Shown piece after piece: positions 24,047 to 30,252 of a stretch of 30,252 bases of DNA. The notes below the pieces were generated by a model. The model ran no database searches, had not been told where the DNA came from, and worked only from the letters and a program-made list of their open reading frames with translations. Position numbers and translations under genes: made by a program. Numbering within the stretch: position 1 is the first letter of the stretch; the number at the start of each line of letters is the position of its first letter. Source of the stretch: a virus (lineage: Duplodnaviria > Caudoviricetes); IMG/VR virus record IMGVR_UViG_3300015050_001160, positions 1 through 30,252 of that record. One strand, 5' to 3'.

Positions 24047-24314
24047 GGCGCTGCTCCGAGAAGCGCATCGGTATGTCGTTCCGCGGCGCGGGTTCAGCGC
24101 GCGCCCAGAAGCCCGCCCCGAACTGATTTTCCAACACCCGGGGCTCCTTGGCGCGCCACAGCGCGCCGATGACCGAGTTGCGGCTGCGGCCCAGCTTCTT
24201 GGCGATGACCGAAGCCGACTGGTGGTCCTGCCGCAGACGGCACGCCTCGGCCAGGTCGGCCTCGGACCACGGACGCTGCGCGACCAAGGTTCCGTTGCGC
24301 AGGTGCAGGGTCAC
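24036..24314 (-). CDS. GcrA-like N-terminal HTH protein
   Basis: GTGA overlap start at 24314 with GAGG RBS. W.E........L.....SAS.IAK.LG.SRN.VIG...R matches the GcrA N-terminal domain. No GcrA C-terminal domain is present. Confidence 0.75.
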   Translation of the reverse strand: MTLHLRNGTLVAQRPWSEADLAEACRLRQDHQSASVIAKKLGRSRNSVIGALWRAKEPRVLENQFGAGFWARAEPAPRNDIPMRFSEQRHVP

Positions 24315-24553
24315 AGTGCCCTCGGCAGGCCGTCGCGCAGCGTGATGACACACGCCGGATCGTAGAGGCTGTCGACCAGCCAGCTGACGGCCGGCACGGT
24401 GGTGCCGCTGTGCTTCAGAAGACGGATGAAGCCCGAGCCCCAGGCGGCGTAGACGTCCTCGCCGCGGCGGAAGAGCTTGGCCTGTTTGAAGATGCCCTTC
24501 GAGCGCAGGACCACCTGGGCGTCGGGGATCTCGTGGAAGAGGTTGTCGGTCAT
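24311..24553 (-). CDS. Hypothetical protein (80 aa)
   Basis: AGGAG RBS, ATGA overlap at 24553, good codon bias (MTDNLFHEIPDAQVVL...). Confidence 0.8.
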   Translation of the reverse strand: MTDNLFHEIPDAQVVLRSKGIFKQAKLFRRGEDVYAAWGSGFIRLLKHSGTTVPAVSWLVDSLYDPACVITLRDGLPRAL

Positions 24554-24756
24554 GTGTGGTTGCTCCTGATCTCGCGGGGGTACGTCGGAGCCGCGCGCTG
24601 GACGACGTGCCAGTCGGGCCGCGGAACGAAGTCGTAGATTTTCTTGGCGTCGTCGAACTGGCACGGCACGTCGGCGTCGATCCACTCGCCGTCGGCGTTC
24701 GGTTCAGCGTCGGGCACGATCTTCAGCATCCAGCGCCGCGTTGTGTTTTCTGCCAT
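24550..24756 (-). CDS. Hypothetical protein (68 aa)
   Basis: GAGGA RBS. ATG at 24756 (alternative GTG 24759) overlaps the VRR-NUC stop. Confidence 0.7.
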   Translation of the reverse strand: MAENTTRRWMLKIVPDAEPNADGEWIDADVPCQFDDAKKIYDFVPRPDWHVVQRAAPTYPREIRSNHT

Positions 24757-25064
24757 CACCTTGTCCTCTCAGCGATGTATCTGTCGACAGCTTCGATGCT
24801 GTCGAGGATGTAGACCGCGCAGCCCATGCTGCGCAGCTTCTCGTGCTCGCGGACCTGGTGGTCTTCGAGCGTTCCGCCCGGTCGTTTCAGCTCGATGAAG
24901 TGGACCACGGCCTCGGCGTCGTCGCTCATGAAAGCGAAAGAGCCCGGCCACACGACCAACCGATCCGGCGCGCCGCGGTGCCCCGGCCAGACCATCTTCC
25001 TGACCAGAGCGCCGGCTGCTGTCGCCTTCTTGCGCAGGTGCGCTTCGACTTTGGTTTCACGCAT
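24756..25064 (-). CDS. VRR-NUC domain nuclease (PD-(D/E)xK)
   Basis: MRE..VE..L......G...K...PG..G.PDR......FIELK.PGG.....Q...H..L...G..V...DS pattern. Confidence 0.92.
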   Translation of the reverse strand: MRETKVEAHLRKKATAAGALVRKMVWPGHRGAPDRLVVWPGSFAFMSDDAEAVVHFIELKRPGGTLEDHQVREHEKLRSMGCAVYILDSIEAVDRYIAERTR

Positions 25065-25599
25065 CGCCGCGCCTCACCAGTTCCACGTCGCAAGCCTCGA
25101 TGTCGCCGAGGCCGGTCGACAGGATGACGTGAGCCCTCGCGTTCGACAGGCCGCCCGGCTCGAAGTCGTGCTCGCCCTCGTAGGTCTGGCCGGATCACGG
25201 CGGGTAGTAGTCGCCGGTCATCTTAACCTTCTTGGCGTAGACCTCGGTCACGAGGCCGGTGCAATCCGTCTGCGTGCCCGTGCCCGTGAAGTCCAGATCG
25301 AAGTCGTCAGCGGCGTGCGCCCGGGTGCCTTTGTAGTGTATGCGCCGCTCCTTGCCACCCCAACCACGGAAGCGGACGGCGGCCTTGGCCAGCCCGTCGA
25401 CTGCGTCCCTGATGGCGAACGTCTGGCGGTAGTTGTTCTCGCCCATGACGCCGAGCATCTTGAGCGCCTCTTCCAACCGGGGGTGGTTCTCGAACTCGGC
25501 GCGCAGATCGGTGAACACCAGCGGGTAGCCGACGCGTTCGATGAAACGGCTGTTGACGATGCGCACGGTGTCGCCCGGCCGATAAACGGTCTTTGTCAT
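25057..25599 (-). pseudogene. Hypothetical protein interrupted by an in-frame TGA (134-aa CDS 25195-25599 plus 45 in-frame codons)
   Basis: ATGA overlap with the polymerase stop. After TGA at 25197-25195 the same frame continues SGQTYEGEHDFEPGGL...VELVRRGDA with normal codon bias, to a TGA overlapping the VRR-NUC start. Confidence 0.65.
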
Positions 25600-27572
25600 T
25601 TCCGATACCTTTGTCCTTCCCACCCAGAGGCGGCGAGCGGGAGGCCCGTCGCCCAAGGCGGCACAGTCGACATGATGGCAGACAAGCGTTCGCTTGTAAA
25701 CTGCCCGCTGTCGATGGTCTCGGTGACCAGTTCGTCGTGCACCGTGAGGGTGATCTCGAACCCGGCCGCCTCGGCCTCGGCCATGTTGTGGGCCAGCACG
25801 TCGCGCGCGCCAGCCTGGGTCGCGTTCTCGATGATCTTGCCGCCGTAGGTGTGCAGCCGCTCCCACTTCCGGGTGTACTGGTTGATGCCCATGTAGGTCA
25901 GCTTGCCGTCCTCGACGGCCACGCCCGGGTAGCAGAGGCACCGGCCAGACGGCAGGCGCATGCGCAGCCAGCTGCCATCGCGCTGGAAGACGAGCTTGCC
26001 GCCCGCGACCTCGACGCGCAGACCCGGCTGCTCGGCGGCGCGGATCGCTGCGCGCTCGGCCTCGTACCAGAGGTCGACGATGTTCTTGTTCTTCTTGCGC
26101 CAGGCCTTGACGATCTCCAGCGCCCGGGCGTCGGACATCTCCAGCCCGTAGATGCGGGCCATCGACTGGAACGCGCCGACCGCCCCCTGGTAACCGCAGG
26201 CCAGCTCTGGCACCTTGCCCTGCGCCTGCCGCTGGTCGGGCGTGACCTGGTCGATGGGGATGCCGAGCACCTCGGACGCGCCGACGTAGTAGAGGTCGGG
26301 GCCGGTGCCGGCGTCGTAGTCCCGGAACGCGCGGAGCTTCCACTCTTCGCCCGCCAGCCAGGCGAGGAAGCGGCCTTCGATGTTGGCCAGGTCGGACGAC
26401 ACCATCTTCTTTCCGGGGCCGACCGTCAGCGCGCCGCGCGTGCAGTTGGCGGCGATGTTCATGACGTTGTCGTAGAGCAGGTCGGCACAGTCGGCGAGGA
26501 AGGCTTCGATGGCGTCGAGGATCGCCTGTTGCTTCAGCGTCGGGCGCATCAGGTTCTGGGGCTGGAACAGGCGGCCGGCCCACCGGCCGGTGCGCGCCGC
26601 GCCGCAGAACTGCAGCGTGCCGCGCAGTCGCCCGTCGCTCGACGTCGAGCGCATCAGCGCCTTGTACTTGGTGGTCGATGTCACCGTGGCCATGAGCCGG
26701 ATGCGCAGCAGATCCTTGACCGGCTCGGGCAGGTTCTCGTCGGCCAGTCGCCGTTCGAGCGTGCCCTTGCGCATGTCTGGCAGGTCCACACCGAACTCGG
26801 CGAGCAGGTATTTCAGGAAGGCGTCGCGCTTGGTGGTGCTCTCCAGCCCCTGCCCGGTCTCGGGGTCGAAGCCGGTCAGCACCTGGGTCTTGGCCTTGAG
26901 CCCGACCTTGGCCAGGTCCGTGGCGCGCACGGCGGCGGCGGCCAGCGCCAGATCGACGGCGACGCCCCGGTCGTTGATCTTCTGGTCGAGCACCCACAGC
27001 GCGCGCTCGCGCTGGTTCCCGGGGTAGTTCCACTTCGGCATGCGCTTGCGCACCTCGCGCATCGAGACGATGTCCGAGCCCGCATAGTCGAGGAACCGCT
27101 GCCATTCGACGGGGTGGGTGTGGCGCGTGGCGCGCCGGATCTTCTGGTTCTTGGGCCTGGGCTTGCAGAAGAGCTGCACCAGGGTCTTGCCCGCCTTGTG
27201 CTTTGACAGGTCCACGGGCACGCCGAGGATCGAGCACAGGGTGTCGAGCGACCCGGGCAGGCTGTGAGCCAGGGCCTGGACCATCGTGTCCCAGACGCGC
27301 TCCAGCGGCATCTCGTATCCCCAGGCGTGGCGCAGGACCGTGCGGTCGAAGGCCGAGTTCTGCCACACCTGCTCGTCGGCGGCGTCGGCCGCGGCCAGCG
27401 CGACCTTGACCTTGTCCTCCCAGCCCGGTGCCGTGCAGTCGATGACCTCGACCTCACCCTCGTCGAGCGCCCAGGCGAAGATCGTGATCTCGACGCTCTC
27501 GGCGTAGCGGTGCAGGCCGTGGGCCAGGGGCGTTTCGCAATAGGTCTCGGTGTCCCCGTAGAATGTGGTCAC
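25596..27572 (-). CDS. DNA polymerase family A with 3'-5' exonuclease (APSE/BPP-1 type)
   Basis: GTGA overlap start at 27572. Exo motifs DTETY, NSAFDR, DTM; RTGRW; motif A SDLANIEGR; motif B R...K..ELACGY; motif C VHDE. Confidence 0.95.
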   Translation of the reverse strand: MTTFYGDTETYCETPLAHGLHRYAESVEITIFAWALDEGEVEVIDCTAPGWEDKVKVALAAADAADEQVWQNSAFDRTVLRHAWGYEMPLERVWDTMVQALAHSLPGSLDTLCSILGVPVDLSKHKAGKTLVQLFCKPRPKNQKIRRATRHTHPVEWQRFLDYAGSDIVSMREVRKRMPKWNYPGNQRERALWVLDQKINDRGVAVDLALAAAAVRATDLAKVGLKAKTQVLTGFDPETGQGLESTTKRDAFLKYLLAEFGVDLPDMRKGTLERRLADENLPEPVKDLLRIRLMATVTSTTKYKALMRSTSSDGRLRGTLQFCGAARTGRWAGRLFQPQNLMRPTLKQQAILDAIEAFLADCADLLYDNVMNIAANCTRGALTVGPGKKMVSSDLANIEGRFLAWLAGEEWKLRAFRDYDAGTGPDLYYVGASEVLGIPIDQVTPDQRQAQGKVPELACGYQGAVGAFQSMARIYGLEMSDARALEIVKAWRKKNKNIVDLWYEAERAAIRAAEQPGLRVEVAGGKLVFQRDGSWLRMRLPSGRCLCYPGVAVEDGKLTYMGINQYTRKWERLHTYGGKIIENATQAGARDVLAHNMAEAEAAGFEITLTVHDELVTETIDSGQFTSERLSAIMSTVPPWATGLPLAASGWEGQRYRK

Positions 27573-28174
27573 GCCGGCCGATCCTTGCGGCGGCTGCGCA
27601 GCCGCGTCCATGTCCAACCGAAGGCGGACTTGGTGGTGCCGCTCGAGGCGTTCTTCACCGCGTTCTCGTAGGTGGGGTTGCGCGCGTTGGTCATGACATG
27701 CGCCGCTTCGGCGATGGAAATGAAATAGAGCACCTGGTCCCCGCGCCGGGCTTCGACCACGGCGAGGTGCTCGGGGACCGGGCTGTAGCGGCCCTTCGGT
27801 TTCGGAATGTCCGGTGTGCTGGTCCGCGGGCCGTGCCTGCGAGGCGGGGCGGCGCGCTCTTTGTCGCTCGAACCTTCGATCCGGTAGCGGTTATCCCGGG
27901 CCAGGAGCGCCTGGCGTATACGCTCGGCGTGCTCCAGCCGGTCGGGCCGGGGATCGCCCGTGGCCTCCGGCGGCAGGGGTTTGCCGGGCTTGCGGTCTGC
28001 GTCGGTGCGCTTGAAACCGACGGCGACTGCGCTGTCAGGGTTGCGGCTGTGTCGTCCGGTGGGTTGTTTAGGTAGCCCGGCCCGCGCGTTCGGGTCCGTG
28101 GTCACAGTTCTGGCGCGGTCGAACACCGGGACGTCGGGGTGCTCTCGCAAGTACAGGGCGTGTGCGGTGGGCAT
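27569..28174 (-). CDS. Hypothetical protein with C-terminal NUMOD1-like DNA-binding motif
   Basis: GAAGGA RBS. C-terminal F.SI.EAA...V.....G..KSA.GW.W resembles the NUMOD1-type module of homing endonucleases. The N-terminal part is Pro/Arg-rich and low-complexity. Confidence 0.6.
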   Translation of the reverse strand: MPTAHALYLREHPDVPVFDRARTVTTDPNARAGLPKQPTGRHSRNPDSAVAVGFKRTDADRKPGKPLPPEATGDPRPDRLEHAERIRQALLARDNRYRIEGSSDKERAAPPRRHGPRTSTPDIPKPKGRYSPVPEHLAVVEARRGDQVLYFISIAEAAHVMTNARNPTYENAVKNASSGTTKSAFGWTWTRLRSRRKDRPA

Positions 28175-28198
28175 TGTCTCTTGTCCTTCTAGCAGATC

Positions 28199-28233
28199 GG
28201 GGGCGGCCGGGAGAGGCCGCCCCTTTTCCTGTT
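28199..28233 (+). terminator. Hairpin with plus-strand U-tail inside the minus-strand operon
   Basis: GGGGCGGCC-gggaga-GGCCGCCCC followed by TTTTCCTGTT, in an intergenic gap. Confidence 0.5.
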
Positions 28234-28459
28234 ATTGTTCGGCCGGGGGCGGGTTGTCAATCCGCGTGGCCAGGGCCTCACCGTACTCGGCGGCCAGGTT
28301 AACCAGCCGCTTGAAGTCCAGGTTCTGGATCACCGGCTGGGGCGAGGCGAGCAGACCCTGCAGGGCAAGGCCGGCGAGGTAGCCGACGTTGTCCTTGTGG
28401 CGGCGAGCTTCGCACTCTTCGCTGTGCTCGTCGCCCACTTCGCTGCGCTCGTCGCCCAT
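28232..28459 (-). CDS. Small phage protein (Y.AG.A.QGLLA motif family)
   Basis: GGAG RBS and TGATG overlap. YLAGLALQGLLAS...A..Y..AL pattern is common in phage early regions. Confidence 0.75.
   Translation of the reverse strand: MGDERSEVGDEHSEECEARRHKDNVGYLAGLALQGLLASPQPVIQNLDFKRLVNLAAEYGEALATRIDNPPPAEQ
28417..28458. repeat. 21-nt tandem duplication (1 mismatch)
   Basis: CTTCGCTGTGCTCGTCGCCCA / CTTCGCTGCGCTCGTCGCCCA, encoding GDERSEV-GDEHSEE on the minus strand. Confidence 0.9.
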
Positions 28460-29025
28460 CAGGCCAGCTCCCCCGCGTCAGCGCCGTCGGCGATCTCGTC
28501 GAAGTCGTCGGCCGAGGCCGGCGCGCCGCCCGAGAAGGCATCGCCATCGCTGTGGAACTGGACGCCCTTGAGCTGGGCGCGAACGCCCCGGCCCCATTTG
28601 TTGTCCTGCGCCCAGAACTCGACCTGGACCATGACGTTGCAGCCCGAGTAGGGCCGGCCGTCCGACTGGACGAGCGGGGTCTTGTCGCGGTCGATGATGA
28701 GCGGCCGGGTCGAGGACTTGGCCGAGACGTAGAAGGCGTCCTCGAAACCGTCGTAGGGGTCGCCATCCTTGTTCTTGTAGGGCTCCTTGATGAAGCCGAC
28801 CTCGGGCTTCTTGCCCGTCTTGACCAGGTTGCCGAAGACCTGTTCGGCCTTGGCTCCCCACTTCTCCTTGGCGACGTGGAGCATGGCGGCGTCGAGCTTC
28901 TTGACGGTCGCCGTGTCGGACGGATCGACGATGAACTTGCCGTTGAAGGCCGGGTCGCCGCCGTCGATGGAGGTGGGCTCGAAGATGTTGAGGAAGGCCG
29001 CGCGGGCCAGGAAGTTGACTTTCAT
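28459..29025 (-). CDS. ssDNA-binding protein (DUF2815 / gp2.5-like); in-frame upstream ATG at 29187
   Basis: R..F..IFEP, K..DGD, PYSGC...V.V.FWA.DN..G.G....L.GVQF..DG..F.G and an acidic C-terminal tail. Lies between DUF2800 and PolA. Confidence 0.9.
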   Translation of the reverse strand: MKVNFLARAAFLNIFEPTSIDGGDPAFNGKFIVDPSDTATVKKLDAAMLHVAKEKWGAKAEQVFGNLVKTGKKPEVGFIKEPYKNKDGDPYDGFEDAFYVSAKSSTRPLIIDRDKTPLVQSDGRPYSGCNVMVQVEFWAQDNKWGRGVRAQLKGVQFHSDGDAFSGGAPASADDFDEIADGADAGELA

Positions 29026-29191
29026 GTTCGTCTCTCGTTTCTGAGTTTCAGGGTACGTTTTCGCGATAGTCTCGTAGGCACGATCAATAGCTATGCGCCG
29101 GTCCAGTGAACCAGGCAAGCCTGTATTTGCCGCCTCTTTAAGAAGAGCCTCGGCCGCGGCGGGCAGCTTTCCAATCAGCCGGGACATAGGG

Positions 29192-29299
29192 TCAGCGCAC
29201 CGGCCAGAAGTGGTCGGTGGCGAGGATGACGAGGTCGGCGACGATGCGCCCGAAGCCCCATCCCGCCAGCACGTAAATCGCGGTGTCGGTCCAGGTCAT
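29192..29299 (-). CDS. 35-aa hydrophobic small protein
   Basis: GGAG RBS and ATGA overlap with the DUF2800 stop. MTWTDTAIYVLAGWGFGRIVADLVILATDHFWPVR. Confidence 0.55.
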   Translation of the reverse strand: MTWTDTAIYVLAGWGFGRIVADLVILATDHFWPVR

Positions 29300-30252
29300 G
29301 CGAGGTCGCTCCCATCTTCGATGACGCCGAAGTCGTCGGCCGTGGCCGCGACGGTGATGGCGGGCCGTTTGTCGCTGTCGGGCGCGACGCTCGGCTTGCC
29401 CTGGCTCTGGGCGTATTGGGCCTGGAGCTTCTTCCACTGGCGAGGCCCGATGTCGCCCGCCTTGGCCAGCTTCTCGGCCGTGGTCGGGGAGATCAGCGAC
29501 AGGTCATACATCTGCTCGGTCTTGAGCCGCATGCTCTTCAGCTGCAGCTCGGCCTCGTCGGGGTTTACCCACTTCCGGTGGCCCTTCTTGCCCTCGACCA
29601 GCTTGAAGCCCGGCACCGTGCCGCCCGACGTCAGGCGGCGTTCGGTCTCGGCGCGGACGGCCTTGCAGAACATCTCCAGCAGGTCGACCTTGTCGAGCGC
29701 CGCGCCGAGCACGTCGCTGGGCACCTCGGCCAGAGCGTCGGGCAGGGTCTCGGCGGTCAGATCCGCGAAGTCCTCGGCGCTGGCCGCGGTGGTGACGACC
29801 GAGGTGACCTCGGCGGCGAGCGCCGGACACACGGACTTGGCCTTGCACCACTGGCACTGGCTCTCGCCGGGGTGTAAGGTCAGCACCTGATAGGCGGGCA
29901 GGGTCAGCTGCCCGACCGCCACCTTGGCTGCGACCCGGGCGGTAACTGCGAAGTATTCCAGGTCTTCGACGCTGATCTCGAAGGTGCTCGGCTCCAGCGA
30001 GACCTTCGGCTGGTAGATCACCAGCACGACCTTCTTGATGTCGTAGGCCAGGGAGGCGACGTCGAGCGCGCCGAGACCGTACAGCATGAGCTGCTTGTTC
30101 TCTTCGGCCGAGACGTAGCGCCGCCCGTACTTCAGGTCCACGACGTAGAGTGTGTCGTCAACGATCACGAGCGTGTCCGAGGTGCCGAAGCAGTCGGGCT
30201 GCTCCAGGTAGCGGCTGATGTCGATGGTCTGCTCGACCATCATCTCGCCGCC
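29296..30252 (-). CDS. DUF2800 (Cas4-like PD-(D/E)xK) nuclease, 5'-truncated by the window
   Basis: VEQ...FGTSD...VVDLKYG....V.A..N.QLM.Y.LGA, IYQP, C.WCKAK..C, PG.KLVEG, L.SPT..EK motifs. Frame is open to the window end. Confidence 0.92.
   Translation of the reverse strand, partial: GGEMMVEQTIDISRYLEQPDCFGTSDTLVIVDDTLYVVDLKYGRRYVSAEENKQLMLYGLGALDVASLAYDIKKVVLVIYQPKVSLEPSTFEISVEDLEYFAVTARVAAKVAVGQLTLPAYQVLTLHPGESQCQWCKAKSVCPALAAEVTSVVTTAASAEDFADLTAETLPDALAEVPSDVLGAALDKVDLLEMFCKAVRAETERRLTSGGTVPGFKLVEGKKGHRKWVNPDEAELQLKSMRLKTEQMYDLSLISPTTAEKLAKAGDIGPRQWKKLQAQYAQSQGKPSVAPDSDKRPAITVAATADDFGVIEDGSDLA

Larger units (their letters stand above)
1..30252. mobile_element. Podovirus-like phage/prophage segment (BPP-1/APSE-like organisation), probable Caulobacteraceae host
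   Basis: Contiguous virion, lysis and replication modules in two convergent arms with overlapping start/stop codons. No host housekeeping genes. No integrase or att site in the window, so lifestyle is undetermined. Confidence 0.95.

Noticed and set aside
25140-25197. Selenocysteine recoding of the in-frame TGA
   Set aside because: No convincing bacterial SECIS hairpin downstream and no redox-motif context.
24926-25198. 90-aa GTG-start ORF filling the gap before VRR-NUC
   Set aside because: Poor codon bias, Arg-rich, and overlaps VRR-NUC by about 140 nt. The post-TGA continuation of the upstream frame explains the gap better.
29296-30252. Cas4-like nuclease as evidence of CRISPR-Cas
   Set aside because: It is the standard DUF2800-DUF2815-PolA phage replication module. 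No array or other cas genes seen.

Overview
High-GC (about 68-70% by eye) segment of a short-tailed dsDNA phage or prophage with BPP-1/APSE-like gene order. Its GapR- and GcrA-like genes point to a Caulobacteraceae-type alphaproteobacterial host. Plus strand (1-21878): end of the head region, tail tubular A/B, a gp13-like GNAT, three ejection (internal virion) proteins including a 3455-aa modular giant, a tail fibre with an internal duplication, a lysis cassette (holin-like proteins, M15 endolysin, overlapping spanins) and a tail-collar protein. Minus strand (22180-30252): DUF2800 nuclease, DUF2815 SSB, family A DNA polymerase, VRR-NUC, SNF2-type helicase, GcrA-like and GapR-like regulators. 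Main leads: (1) the giant ejection protein looks like a polyprotein of five effector cassettes, mostly bounded by hydrophobic-Gln linkers, next to an HExxH peptidase; (2) I found no GANTC (CcrM) site in 30 kb, in a phage that encodes a GcrA DNA-binding-domain-only protein and a variant GapR; (3) a self-contained promoter-minigene-terminator unit and an anti-Shine-Dalgarno hairpin loop lie between the two arms; (4) one gene has an in-frame TGA. All family assignments come from motif recognition by eye, not database searches.
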